Source of the DNA: Dehalococcoidia bacterium | Lineage (GTDB): Bacteria > Chloroflexota > Dehalococcoidia > UBA2979 | DNA: 64,000 bases | Reading direction: 5' to 3' | Assembly (NCBI GenBank): GCA_965219085.1 | Contig: OZ244720.1 | Coordinates: forward strand, 2,336,001 to 2,400,000 | Shown here: positions 19,843 to 31,419 of the stretch, piece by piece | Numbering within the stretch: the first letter of the stretch is position 1 | How the letters are laid out: every line of letters begins with the position of its first letter | Made by a program: the position numbers and the translations under genes | The notes under the pieces: generated by a model | What the model was told of the DNA's origin: nothing | What the model saw: only the letters and a program-made list of their open reading frames with translations | Databases searched by the model: none

Positions 19843-20267
19843 GCGTGCCGCCGCCGGAGCCACGAAGTGTGCGCGGGCAGCCCGCGCGGCCGTACCAACT
19901 GCGGCTCGACGCCGAGCGCGTTGGCACGCTGCTCGGCGCGGTGGCGTGGGTGCTCGGGGCGCTCGAGATCATGCGCGACCGCGGCCACGCCGAGGCGAGC
20001 GAGGAGTTCCACGAGCTGCAGGAGCAGCTCAAGCCGCGGCTGGAGTTGATGCTCATGAACGTCGCGGCGGCGCGGCAGGCGGTCGAAGACGAGGCGGACC
20101 CGGAGCTCGCCCAGCGCGTCGAGGCGGCCTACGCGCAGGTCCGCGAGGCGTTCGAGCGCTGGATCACCCTCACCGCTTCGGACACCGCGAGCGTGGCCAT
20201 CGGCCAGCGGCTGGCGGAGCTCGTCGATGACGCCGATGACGCCGGCGAGGCGGACGCGCAGACGTAG
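19839..20267 (+). CDS. Hypothetical all-helical protein coupled to the ROK gene
   Basis: 142-aa ORF with normal codon bias; GTGA overlap. Confidence 0.7.
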   Translation: MSVPPPEPRSVRGQPARPYQLRLDAERVGTLLGAVAWVLGALEIMRDRGHAEASEEFHELQEQLKPRLELMLMNVAAARQAVEDEADPELAQRVEAAYAQVREAFERWITLTASDTASVAIGQRLAELVDDADDAGEADAQT

Positions 20268-20300
20268 CGCCCGGCCGCACGAGTTCCTCGATAGCCTGTG

Positions 20301-22019
20301 TCAGTGGCCGACGTAGCGTGAGGCGAGCGGGTAGCGGCGGTCGCGGCCGAAGGCGCGCGGCGTGATCTTTACCCCCGGCGGCGACTGCCGCCGCTTGTAC
20401 TCGTTGCGGTTGATGAGGTCGATCACGCGGCGCACGATCGCCGGCTCGTAGCCGCCGCCCACGATCTCCTCGAACGACGCGTCATCCTCGACGTACGCCT
20501 CGATGATCGGGTCGAGCACCTCGTACGGCGGCAGCGAGTCGGTGTCGAGCTGGTCGGGGCGGAGCTCGGCCGAGGGCGGCTTGTCGATGACGACCTGCGG
20601 GATCACCTCGCCGCGGGTGTTGCGGTGGCGCGAGAGCGCGTAGGCGAGGGTCTTCGGCACGTCCTTGATGACCGCGAAGCCGCCGGCCATGTCGCCGTAG
20701 AGCGTTGCGTAGCCGCAGGCGTACTCGGACTTGTTGCCCGTGGTGAACACGAGCGTCCCGAACTTGTTCGACAGCGCCATGACGAGCATGCCGCGCAGCC
20801 GCGACTGCAGGTTCTCCTCCGCCGTGCCCTCGGCCGTCCCCTCGAACGGCCGCGCGAGCGTATCGAGGGCGGCCTGGTGCAGCGCCTCGATCGGCATCGT
20901 GATCAACTCGATGCCGAGCCGGTCCGCGAGGTCCTGCGCGTCGGCGATCGAGCCCTCCGAGGAGTAGCGCGATGGCAGCGAGACGCCGCGCACGTGCTCC
21001 GGCCCGAGCGCGTCGACCGCCACGGCAGCCACGAGCGAGGAGTCGATGCCGCCGGAGAGCGCGACGATCGCGTCCTCAAACCCGCTCTTGCGGGTGTAGT
21101 CGCGGGTGCCGACGACGAGCGCGTCGTAGGTCTCGGCAAGGGGATCCGGCGGTTCGAGTTCCGTCGGCGGCGCCGGCAGTCGGTCGGCGTCGGAGGCGCC
21201 GGTGATGTGCAGTGGCGGGGCGGGCTCGACGGCGTGGCGCTCGCGGCGCAGCCGCGACTCGTGGAGCCGCACCTGCCGCACCTCGTCGACCGGGATGTCG
21301 GCGACCACGAGGTCCTCGCGCATGGAGGCGCCGCGGGCGAGCACCGACCCACGCGCGTCGATGACGAGCGAGTTGCCGTCGAACACCAGCTCATCCTGCC
21401 CGCCGACCTGGTTCACGTAGGCGATCGCGATGTGGTCGTCGGTGGCGCGGGTGGCGAGCATGCGCTCGCGCTCGCGCGTCTTGCCGGCGTGGAACGGCGA
21501 GGCGTTGATGTTCACGATCACCTCGGCGCCGTCGAGCGCGGCGTCGTGGGCGGGGCCGTCGGCGTACCAGATGTCCTCGCACACCGTCACGGCCACCTCG
21601 ACGCCGCCGATGAGGAAGCGAGGCGTCTCGCGGCCGGGGTGGAAGTAGCGCTGCTCGTCGAACACGCCGTAGTTGGGGAGGCGGTGCTTGCGGTAGCGCG
21701 CGGCGATCGCCCCTTCGTGGACGATGGCGGCGCTGTTATAGAGCACGCCGTCGAACTCCACGCACCCGACGACGAGCGGCGGCAGCCCCTCGGCGTCGCG
21801 CGCGAGGGCGGCGAGCGCGGCCTCGGCCTCGTCGATGAACGGCGCGCGTACCAGCAGGTCCTCGGGCGGGTAGCCGGTCACGGCCAGCTCCGGGAAGGCG
21901 ACGAGGTCGGTGTCGAGCGCCGCGGCGCGGCGCGCGGCGTCGAGGATGCGTGCGCGGTTGCCGTCGAAGTCGCCGACGGTGGTGTTGATCTGCGCGAGTC
22001 CCACCCGCATGTGCCGCAT
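20301..22019 (-). CDS. nadE: Glutamine-dependent NAD+ synthetase
   Basis: Nitrilase domain 'AQINTTVGD..FPEL..GYPPEDL..LPNYGVFDE..CEDIW'; synthetase 'ALSGGIDS', 'ENLQSR', 'TGNKSE', 'KPPSAEL', 'NEYKRRQ'. Start at 22019 or 22010. Confidence 0.96.
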   Translation of the reverse strand: MRHMRVGLAQINTTVGDFDGNRARILDAARRAAALDTDLVAFPELAVTGYPPEDLLVRAPFIDEAEAALAALARDAEGLPPLVVGCVEFDGVLYNSAAIVHEGAIAARYRKHRLPNYGVFDEQRYFHPGRETPRFLIGGVEVAVTVCEDIWYADGPAHDAALDGAEVIVNINASPFHAGKTRERERMLATRATDDHIAIAYVNQVGGQDELVFDGNSLVIDARGSVLARGASMREDLVVADIPVDEVRQVRLHESRLRRERHAVEPAPPLHITGASDADRLPAPPTELEPPDPLAETYDALVVGTRDYTRKSGFEDAIVALSGGIDSSLVAAVAVDALGPEHVRGVSLPSRYSSEGSIADAQDLADRLGIELITMPIEALHQAALDTLARPFEGTAEGTAEENLQSRLRGMLVMALSNKFGTLVFTTGNKSEYACGYATLYGDMAGGFAVIKDVPKTLAYALSRHRNTRGEVIPQVVIDKPPSAELRPDQLDTDSLPPYEVLDPIIEAYVEDDASFEEIVGGGYEPAIVRRVIDLINRNEYKRRQSPPGVKITPRAFGRDRRYPLASRYVGH

Positions 22020-22217
22020 CGCCGCTCCGTCCGTCGAGAAAGCGTACGAGGTACGCGAACTCCACGCGCCTGATCGTACGCGATGCCGTCGCGCTGCCGC
22101 AACGCGCCCCCGCACGCCCCGCGTTGCCGTCGGCGACCCTCCGAGGGGGACGCGCTATCCTCGTGGCGCGCATGCTGGCGGTCTCGTGGCGGCCTCGCGC
22201 GGAAGGCGGGTGCAGGC

Positions 22218-23159
22218 GTGCACATCGACGTGACCGGATGGCTCCTCGAGGCTTCGGTGGTCGCGCACGAGGGCACCCACGCCGGGCAGAGCATCTGGGA
22301 GCGCTGGCACTTCGACCCCGAGCTGGTCATCCCGGTCGTGCTGCTCACCGGCCTCTACCTGCGAGGGCTCTGGGTGTGGCGTAACCGCACCCGTCAGCAC
22401 CCGCGCTGGCGCACCGCTTGCTACCTGCTGGGCATGTTCGGGCTCCTCGCGTCCGTCGAGTCGCCCCTCGACGCCGCTGCCGAGCACCACTTCTCGATGC
22501 ACATGATCCAGCACGAGATCCTCATGATGCTCGTGGCGCCGCTGATCCTGCTCGGAGCGCCGACGACCCCGGTGCTGCGAGGCATCCCGCGCGGCGTGCG
22601 GCGTCGCTTCGTCCGTCCGGTCGTGCGCCGGCGCGAGGTCTATGTCCTGTACCGCCTCGTCACGCACCCGGTCGTGGCGCTCGCGACCTTCACCGCCGTG
22701 CTGGGGCTGTGGCACTTCGCGCCCGGCTGGTACGACGCCGCGATCCGGGACGACTTCGTCCACGACGTGCAGCACTTCTCCTTCACGCTCGTCGGCGTGC
22801 TGATCTGGTGGAACGTCATCGACCCGAAGCCGCTGCGGTCGCGGCTCGGCTACGTGGGGCGGATGGGGTTCCTGGTGGTGGCGAGCACGCCGAAGTCGTT
22901 CCTCGGCGCGGTCATCGTCTTCGCCGAGGCCCCGCTGTACCAATTCTGGTCCGAGGTCGAACCGCTGTTCGCGCTCACGCCGCTCGAGGACCAGGAGCTG
23001 GGTGGCCTGCTGATGTGGGTACCGAGCCAGATGATGTTCCTGCTCGCCCTGGGCGTGGTGTTCGCGGTGTGGGCGCAGAAGTCCGAGGAGCGCCAGCGCA
23101 TCGAGGACGAAGCGCGCCTCGCCGCCACACAGGCCGCCTCGTCGGGCTCGGGCGGCTAA
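22218..23159 (+). CDS. ctaG: caa3-type cytochrome c oxidase assembly factor CtaG
   Basis: 'SPLD...FSMHMIQH', 'APLILLG', 'WH..', 'HDVQH', 'DQELGGLLMW'; start approximate. Confidence 0.88.
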   Translation: MHIDVTGWLLEASVVAHEGTHAGQSIWERWHFDPELVIPVVLLTGLYLRGLWVWRNRTRQHPRWRTACYLLGMFGLLASVESPLDAAAEHHFSMHMIQHEILMMLVAPLILLGAPTTPVLRGIPRGVRRRFVRPVVRRREVYVLYRLVTHPVVALATFTAVLGLWHFAPGWYDAAIRDDFVHDVQHFSFTLVGVLIWWNVIDPKPLRSRLGYVGRMGFLVVASTPKSFLGAVIVFAEAPLYQFWSEVEPLFALTPLEDQELGGLLMWVPSQMMFLLALGVVFAVWAQKSEERQRIEDEARLAATQAASSGSGG

Positions 23160-23303
23160 GCCCCGCGCACTCGCAGTCTTTCCGTCATCACGTCGTCCAG
23201 GCGCCAACGAGGCGCGACGACTCGAGCGCCGTCGCGCGCCGGCCGCCCGCAGACACGTATCTCGTTCAGCCTCTCGGGGCATCGGATGGCCCGGGGCAGC
23301 CAA

Positions 23304-23325
23304 GAGGCCCGCTTGCGCGGGCCTC
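23304..23325 (-). terminator. Hairpin terminator after the cta operon
   Basis: Minus strand GAGGCCCGC-GCAA-GCGGGCCTC then TT; 9-bp stem with GNRA loop, between the convergent ctaG and ctaF. Confidence 0.55.
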
Positions 23326-23361
23326 GAGCGTGGGTGAGCCGTCCCCCCGTGGGGGAGTGGA

Positions 23362-23682
23362 CTAGATGATGTCGGTGATGTCCGTCCAGAAGAGCGCGAT
23401 CAGCGCGATGAGGACGCCGCCGGCGAGCACGAACGATCCGGTGAACACCTGGCTGAGCAGCCGGTGCTCGAACCGCAGGTGCATGTAGAACGCCACCACG
23501 ATCACGAACTTGACCGCCGAAAGGATGATCAGGAGCGGGATCAGGGCGTTGCCGAGGTCCACCCAGAGCGAGGCGGCCAACTCGGCGACGGTGATGGCGG
23601 TGAGGAGGACGCCGATCCAGACGTACTGCATCGGCTGGAGGCCATGTTCCTCCTCGACGCCTTGATCGCTATGCATGCTCAT
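23362..23682 (-). CDS. ctaF: Cytochrome c oxidase subunit IV
   Basis: Three TM helices; 'KFVIVVAFYMHLRFE'. Confidence 0.9.
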   Translation of the reverse strand: MSMHSDQGVEEEHGLQPMQYVWIGVLLTAITVAELAASLWVDLGNALIPLLIILSAVKFVIVVAFYMHLRFEHRLLSQVFTGSFVLAGGVLIALIALFWTDITDII

Positions 23683-23710
23683 CGAGCGCTCCCGTCCCTG
23701 CTCGGCGCGC

Positions 23711-24421
23711 TTACGCCGGGATGAGGTACAGGACCGTGAAGATCACGATCCAGACGATGTCGACGAAGTGCCAGTACAGCCCCGCGATCTCCACCTGGAA
23801 GCCCGGCTCGGAGCCCAGCCCCCGGCGGCGGAATGAACCCAGCAGCAGCGAGCCGAGGATGATCACGCCGACCGCGACGTGGGTGCCGTGGAATCCCGTC
23901 AGCACGAAGAACGAGGCTCCGAACTGGCTTGTTTCGAGCGTCAGCCCTTCCTGCCCGAACGTGCGGAACTCGAAGACCTGGTAGCCGAGGAACATCACGC
24001 CCAGCAGCATCGTGACGAGCAGCCAGAACTTCATCATCATCGGCCGGTTGTGCTGCGCCCCGTAGACCGCGAGCACCATGGCGACACTGCTCATGAGCAG
24101 GACGAACGTGCTCTGCGAGGTCAGCGGGATGTCGAAGATGCCCTCGCAGACCGAGATGCCGGCCTCGGCTGCCGGGTGGCAGAAGTGCGAAGCCACCTCG
24201 CTGACATCGCCGCTGGCGATGGCCGCCTCGAGGGTCGCGGTGACGACGTGGGTCTCGCTCGGGAAGGGCGGGAGGGTGATCTCGCCCTTGAAGATCAGGT
24301 AGGTCGCGATTAGCGAGCCGAAGAAGAGGCACTCCGAGCCGAGGAAGATCCACATCAGGAGCTTCCGGCTGTCGATGCCAGTGGTGGTGTGGTGCTCTAC
24401 TTGGTGTTCGGCTGCTGCCAC
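23711..24421 (-). CDS. ctaE: Cytochrome c oxidase subunit III
   Basis: 'WIFLGSECLFF', 'TFVLLMSS', 'LTGFHGTHV', 'LYWHFVDIVW'. Confidence 0.95.
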   Translation of the reverse strand: MAAAEHQVEHHTTTGIDSRKLLMWIFLGSECLFFGSLIATYLIFKGEITLPPFPSETHVVTATLEAAIASGDVSEVASHFCHPAAEAGISVCEGIFDIPLTSQSTFVLLMSSVAMVLAVYGAQHNRPMMMKFWLLVTMLLGVMFLGYQVFEFRTFGQEGLTLETSQFGASFFVLTGFHGTHVAVGVIILGSLLLGSFRRRGLGSEPGFQVEIAGLYWHFVDIVWIVIFTVLYLIPA

Positions 24422-24441
24422 GAGGTGTTCCGTTCCCGGTT

Positions 24442-26241
<1,800 letters not shown>

Positions 26242-26282
26242 CTTCGGTGCCTTCCGCTACGGCCGCCTGGTGCGGCGCGCGG

Positions 26283-27362
26283 CTACTTCAGCTCGCTGAG
26301 GTACTGGGCGATAGCCCGGATGTCCTCGGCTGAGATCTCTTCCTCGAACGGCCGCATGAACCGGAGCGGCTGGTCCTTGTCGGTGATGTCGTTCTCGGGG
26401 TTGATGCCCGGCTTGACCTCACCAGGGTTGCTGATCCACTTCACGAGGTTCTCGATGTTGTTGTCGAGGATACCCGCGGCGATGGTCTGGCGGCTGCCGA
26501 CGTGCGTCAGGTCCGGGCCGAAGTCGGCGATGCTCGCCGCCGTGCCGCGGACAGTGTGGCACTCCGCGCAGCGCACCACGAACAGGGTCGCGCCGAGTTG
26601 GCCAAGCTCCGAGGTGGGCTCCACGGCGTCGGCGAGCTCGTTCGCTGCCCACGCGTCGAACTCCTCGGCGGTGTGCACGAAGACGCGGAAGCGCATGTTG
26701 GCATGCGAGGCGCCGCAGAACTCGAAGCACTGCCCGAGGAAGGCGCCCTCCTGCACGGTGTTCGGTGTGAACCACAGGTCGTTCTCGTGGCCGGGGACCA
26801 TGTCCACCTTGCCGACCAGCTGCGGAATCCAGAACGAGTGGATGACGTCGTCGGAGTAGAGCTTCACGTGGACCGGCTGGTCCACCTCGAGGTGCAGCTC
26901 GTTGGCGGTGGTGATGCCGAGCTCGGGGTACTTGAACTCGAACCACCACTGCTTGCCGGTCGCCTCGACCACCATCGAGCCCTCGGGCGGAGAGTCTGTG
27001 GTGTCGGCGATGACTTGCCAGGTGGGGACGAGCATCACGAGCACGATGGCGACGGGGATGATCGTCCACAGCACCTCGAGCCGGGTGTTGCCGTGGATCT
27101 GGTTCGCCACACGGCCAGGGCGCTCGCGGTAGCGCACGGCGAGCCAGAGCGTGATGAGCATGATCGCGACGAACACGAACATGGAGAGCCAGAAGACGAT
27201 CTCGTAGACGCCCTGGATGGCCTCCGCGACGTCAGACTTCGGCTCGATGGTGGTCAGTGGGTCGGAGCAGGAGGCGAGCAGCACCATCGGTGCCGCCGCT
27301 ACGAGGATCAGTAGTCGACGCGCCCAACGTTGGGAGATGCGCAACAGGGCCTCCTCGCTCAC
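26283..27362 (-). CDS. ctaC: Cytochrome c oxidase subunit II with fused cytochrome c (caa3), probable lipoprotein
   Basis: Lipobox 'LLASC'; 'QWWF', CuA 'DVIHSF...CFEFCGASHANM'; heme c 'CAECH', 'GPDLTH'. Start approximate (GTG 27362). Confidence 0.95.
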   Translation of the reverse strand: MSEEALLRISQRWARRLLILVAAAPMVLLASCSDPLTTIEPKSDVAEAIQGVYEIVFWLSMFVFVAIMLITLWLAVRYRERPGRVANQIHGNTRLEVLWTIIPVAIVLVMLVPTWQVIADTTDSPPEGSMVVEATGKQWWFEFKYPELGITTANELHLEVDQPVHVKLYSDDVIHSFWIPQLVGKVDMVPGHENDLWFTPNTVQEGAFLGQCFEFCGASHANMRFRVFVHTAEEFDAWAANELADAVEPTSELGQLGATLFVVRCAECHTVRGTAASIADFGPDLTHVGSRQTIAAGILDNNIENLVKWISNPGEVKPGINPENDITDKDQPLRFMRPFEEEISAEDIRAIAQYLSELK

Positions 27363-27586
27363 TCGGCACGCGCCCCGATACCCGTGCGCCGGTGCGCCGG
27401 TGCGCCGGTATCGTAACGCCGCGTGGCGGGCTCCGCACGGCGCAGTCCCCCTGCGCCTCGGTACGATTATCATCGGGCCGATCAGTGGTCAAGGCCGCCG
27501 ACCCCCTGATCCGGGGATCCGAGCCCCTCCCGACCGCCCTGATCGTTGATCGCCGCACCCGCGGCGACTAGCCTCAATGACGGCTT

Positions 27587-28144
27587 ATGGCAACGATCCT
27601 CCGCGCAATCCAGGGCCGTCTGCTCGTGATCGCCACCGGCGCGGGCCTGCTCGCGCTCCTCGCGACGCTCGTCATCGCCATGACCCGGGATGTCGGCCAG
27701 GAACGCCTCGGCGACGTGGACCCCGGCATCGAGCGGGTCCGCGCGTTCACGCTCCCCACCCTCGACGGCGAGCGCGTGGCCATCGCCGACTACGCCGACG
27801 GGCCGGTCTTCGTCTACTTCTGGGCGTCGTGGTGCGCCCCGTGCGCGAGCGAGGCGCCGCTGATCGAGCGGCTCTGGGCCGAGTACGAACCGCAGGGCTA
27901 CACCTTCATCGGGATCAACATCCTCGACAGCGAGCGTGGCGCGCGGGAGTTCGTCGAACGGCACGGGCTGACCTTCCCGATGATGATCGATGGGGACGGC
28001 GACGTGTATTTTGACTTCGGCGTGAACGGCGTCCCCGAAGCCTACTTCCTCCAGCCGGGCCTCGACGTGACGCGCAAGTACATCGGCGAGCTCCGAGAGC
28101 AGGACTTCCGCGACATGCTCGAAGATATCCGGCCGGTCTCGTGA
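27587..28144 (+). CDS. TlpA/ResA/CcmG-type thiol-disulfide oxidoreductase
   Basis: N-terminal TM helix, 'FWASWCAPC', 'GVPEAYF'. Confidence 0.9.
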   Translation: MATILRAIQGRLLVIATGAGLLALLATLVIAMTRDVGQERLGDVDPGIERVRAFTLPTLDGERVAIADYADGPVFVYFWASWCAPCASEAPLIERLWAEYEPQGYTFIGINILDSERGAREFVERHGLTFPMMIDGDGDVYFDFGVNGVPEAYFLQPGLDVTRKYIGELREQDFRDMLEDIRPVS

Positions 28145-28608
28145 ACCGCGCAGCGCTCGGACGGCTGCTCGGGAGCACGCGCGCGCGGCTCGTCGCCGTG
28201 CTCGCCCTCGCGACGATCGTGATCGGCGTGCTCGCCGTGCAGGCCGCGGACTCGTCGCTGTCCTACTACGTCACGCCCGAGGAGTTCGCGCAGGAGATCG
28301 ACACCGAGGGTCGGCGCTGGCGCGTCGGCGGGCGCGTGGTCGACGGCTCGATCGTCGAGGACGAGCGCGGCCGCCCCATCGCGTGGGTGGTCGAGGGCGA
28401 GCAGGGTGACCGGATGGAGATCACCATCGCCGACGCCGGCGTGGTGATCCCCGACCTGTTCAGCCCGCGCGCCTTCGTCGTCGTGGAGGGCGTGGCGGCC
28501 GCGGCGGGCCGCCTCGAGGCGTCGAGCGTGATCGTGCGGCACGAGCCGGAGTTCGTGACGGACCCCGACGACGCCTCGATCGCCGCGCCCGATTCCTCCG
28601 AGGAGTGA
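28141..28608 (+). CDS. ccmE: Heme chaperone CcmE
   Basis: 'SYYVTPEE', 'RVGGRVVDGSI', 'IPDLF...VVVEG', heme-binding 'RHEPEF'. Confidence 0.88.
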   Translation: MNRAALGRLLGSTRARLVAVLALATIVIGVLAVQAADSSLSYYVTPEEFAQEIDTEGRRWRVGGRVVDGSIVEDERGRPIAWVVEGEQGDRMEITIADAGVVIPDLFSPRAFVVVEGVAAAAGRLEASSVIVRHEPEFVTDPDDASIAAPDSSEE

Positions 28609-30617
28609 TGAACCTCGTCGCCACGCTCGGCGCGTCGGCGCTGCTGACGGCGCTGGCAGCGTCGTTGTTCGCCGTCGGCGCAGCGGTGTTGGGCCAGCGA
28701 CTCGCGCGACCATCGCTGATCGCGGCGGCGCGGCGCGCCATCGTCGTCACCGCGGCGCTGACGACGCTCGCGATTGGTGTGGTCGCGTACGCGCTGCTGA
28801 CGGACGACTTCTCGATCGCCCACGTCGTGGCGGTGTCGTCGCGCGACATGCTGCCGCACATGAAGTGGGCCGCGCTCTACAGCGGGCAGCCCGGCTCGTT
28901 GCTGTTCTGGACGTGGCTGCTCTCGCTCATGCTCGCGGCGTTTGCGCTGCTCACTGTGCCGCGCATCCCCTGGGGGGCCGCACACGCCACGGCGGCAAGC
29001 GGCGCGATCCTCGCGGCGTTCCTCGTGCCGGCCGTCTTCCTCGCCTCACCGTTCGAGGTGAGCGCGGTCACACCCGAGGATGGGGTGGGGCTCAACCCGC
29101 TGCTCGTCGACCCGGCGATGCTGGTGCACCCGCCGTTCATGCTCGCCGGGCTCGTGAGCACCGCCGTGCCGTTCGCGCTGGGCGCGGCGGCGCTGCTCTC
29201 CGGGCGCATCGACGGACGCTGGATCCGCGCCGTGCGCCCGTGGGCGCTCTGGTCGTGGCTGCTGCTCAGCGTCGGTAACATCCTCGGCGCGTGGTGGGCG
29301 TACACGACGCTCGGGTGGGGCGGCTTCTGGGGCTGGGACCCGGTCGAGAACTCGGCGATCCTGCCGCTCCTGCCGATGACCGCCTTCGTGCACTCGCTCA
29401 TGGTCCAGGAGCGCCGGGGGATGCTGAAGCTGTGGAACCTCGCGCTCGTCTTCGCCGCCTTCGCGCTCGCCGTGTTCGGCACCTTCAACGTCCGCAGCGG
29501 CCTCGTGGCCTCCGTGCATTCGTTCGCGCTGTCCGACGTGGGCCCGTACTTCCTCGTGGTGTTGGCGGCCACGCTCGTGGCGTCGATCGTGCTGCTGGGC
29601 TGGCGCAGCGGGCGGCTGCGCGCGGACCACGACTTCGATTCGCTCGCGTCACGGGAGAGCTCACTCATCGTCAACAACTACCTGTTCACGATCGGAGCGC
29701 TCGTCATCCTCGGCGCGACGCTCTTCCCGGTGTTCTCGGAACTCGTCGAGGGCGCCCGCATCACGGTCTCCGCGCCGTTCTACAACGACGTCATCGGGCC
29801 GCTCGTGATCGCGCTGCTCGCGCTCATCGCCGTCGGGACCGTGCTGCCGTGGCGGCGCGCGGCGGGCACGACGCTGATCCGTCGCTTCCGCGTCCCGCTC
29901 GCCGTGCTCGCCGGCAGCGCCGCGGTGCTCGCCGCACTCGGCATGCACGACCGCTTCGCGCTCGCCGCGGTCAGCGTCTCGATCGCGCTCGGCTACGTCA
30001 CGCTGCGCGAGTTCGCGATCGGCGCGCGCGGGCGGCGCGCGGCTGGGGGGCGCAGTTGGCCCGCGGCGCTGCTCGCGCTGTTCAGGCGCGACCGACGCCG
30101 CTACGGCGGGTACCTCGTGCACCTCGGGGTGGCGATGATGGCGGTCGCCGCCGTCAGCGCGAACGTCTACCAGGCGCAGTCGCGCGGCATCGTCGCGCCG
30201 GGCGCGTCGTTCGAGGTCGGCGGCTACAGCGTGGAGTTCGAGGGCCTGCGCGAGCGCGCGGGCACGGCGAACGGCATCGAGACCGAGGTGCTCGCGTCGC
30301 TCACCGTGCGCCGCGACGGCGAGACGGTCACCACGCTCGCGCCTGGTCGGCGCTTCTTCCGCAACTTCCCCGACCAGCCGATGGCGATGGTCGATGTCGA
30401 CACGGGGTGGCGTGAGGACATCTACGTGTTCCTGCAGGGATGGGACGAGGAGGGCGTGGCGGAGATCAACGCATTCGTGAACCCGCTCATGGCGTGGCTG
30501 TGGATCGGTGCGGGTGTCTACGTCCTCGGCGGCATCGTCGTGTTCGCCCCGCAGCCCGCGCGCGAGCGGGCGCCCGTGCCGGCCGTGCCCCCCTCGGGCG
30601 CGACGCGGAGTGCGTGA
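28605..30617 (+). CDS. ccmF: Cytochrome c heme lyase CcmF
   Basis: 'GQPGSLLFW', 'GLNPLL', 'HPP', 'WAYTTLGWGGFWGWDPVENS', 'RSG...SVHSF', 'HLG', 'NPLMAWLW'. Confidence 0.96.
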   Translation: MMNLVATLGASALLTALAASLFAVGAAVLGQRLARPSLIAAARRAIVVTAALTTLAIGVVAYALLTDDFSIAHVVAVSSRDMLPHMKWAALYSGQPGSLLFWTWLLSLMLAAFALLTVPRIPWGAAHATAASGAILAAFLVPAVFLASPFEVSAVTPEDGVGLNPLLVDPAMLVHPPFMLAGLVSTAVPFALGAAALLSGRIDGRWIRAVRPWALWSWLLLSVGNILGAWWAYTTLGWGGFWGWDPVENSAILPLLPMTAFVHSLMVQERRGMLKLWNLALVFAAFALAVFGTFNVRSGLVASVHSFALSDVGPYFLVVLAATLVASIVLLGWRSGRLRADHDFDSLASRESSLIVNNYLFTIGALVILGATLFPVFSELVEGARITVSAPFYNDVIGPLVIALLALIAVGTVLPWRRAAGTTLIRRFRVPLAVLAGSAAVLAALGMHDRFALAAVSVSIALGYVTLREFAIGARGRRAAGGRSWPAALLALFRRDRRRYGGYLVHLGVAMMAVAAVSANVYQAQSRGIVAPGASFEVGGYSVEFEGLRERAGTANGIETEVLASLTVRRDGETVTTLAPGRRFFRNFPDQPMAMVDVDTGWREDIYVFLQGWDEEGVAEINAFVNPLMAWLWIGAGVYVLGGIVVFAPQPARERAPVPAVPPSGATRSA

Positions 30618-30619
30618 CG

Positions 30620-31135
30620 ATGCACGTGGCGCTCCGCGTCGTCCTCGGAGCGCTTGCCGCGGCGGTCGTCGCTGCCCTCGCTGCCACATGGGCGACCGGC
30701 TCCCTCGACACGCTCAGGCGCGCGGATGCGCAGGACTTCGAGGCGCAGGCGCTGCAGATCGAGCAGCAGCTGATGTGCCCGCGCTGCATCAACGTCCGCC
30801 TCGACCACTGCGAGCTGACGATCTGCCAGGACATGCGGGCCGAGATCCGCGACCAGCTCGCGGCCGGGCGCGGCGGCGACGACATCCTGCTCTACTTCTC
30901 GGACCGCTTCGGCGACGTGGTGCTCGCCGAATTGCCGCGCGAGGGCTTCAATCTCTGGCTCTTCGGCTGGGTGGGCGGCTCGATCCTGCTCGTCGCGGTC
31001 CTCGGCGCAGCGGCCCTGTGGCGGATGCGGCGCGGCGCGACGCTCGCACCGGCGGGAGCGGGCGGCGCCCTCGACGCGTCCGAGGAGCGCTGGCTGGACG
31101 AGCAGCTGCGCAGGACGGCGGAGAGGCGCGACTGA
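30620..31135 (+). CDS. ccmH: CcmH (CcmL)-type cytochrome c biogenesis protein
   Basis: 'LMCPRC...DMRAEIRDQL...YFSDRFGDVVLAELP..GFN' plus TM helix; ATG 30620. Confidence 0.88.
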   Translation: MHVALRVVLGALAAAVVAALAATWATGSLDTLRRADAQDFEAQALQIEQQLMCPRCINVRLDHCELTICQDMRAEIRDQLAAGRGGDDILLYFSDRFGDVVLAELPREGFNLWLFGWVGGSILLVAVLGAAALWRMRRGATLAPAGAGGALDASEERWLDEQLRRTAERRD

Positions 31136-31419
31136 TGGAGTGGCTGGTGCTCGCGCTGTTCGCCGCCCTCGCCGCGGCGGTCATCGGCCTGCCGCTCCTG
31201 CGCCCCCGCGAGGCCGCGCTCGAGGGCGTTGACGGCGCCGAGCTGGTCGAGGAGCGCCGCACCCTGGTCGCCGAACTGCGCGAGCTCGACGACGACGTGG
31301 CGAGCGGCCGCATCTCCGCCGACGAGCGGCGCGATGGCCGGCGCGCCCTCGCGCCACGTCTGCGCGCCGTCACCGAGGCGCTGCGCGACGCGGGCCTCGA
31401 TCCGCGCGGCGGCGCGTGA
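31135..31419 (+). CDS. Small membrane protein resembling the CcmI N-terminus
   Basis: 'MEWLVLALF...LPLLRP...ELRELDDDVASGRISADE'; TGATG overlap with ccmH. Confidence 0.7.
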   Translation: MEWLVLALFAALAAAVIGLPLLRPREAALEGVDGAELVEERRTLVAELRELDDDVASGRISADERRDGRRALAPRLRAVTEALRDAGLDPRGGA

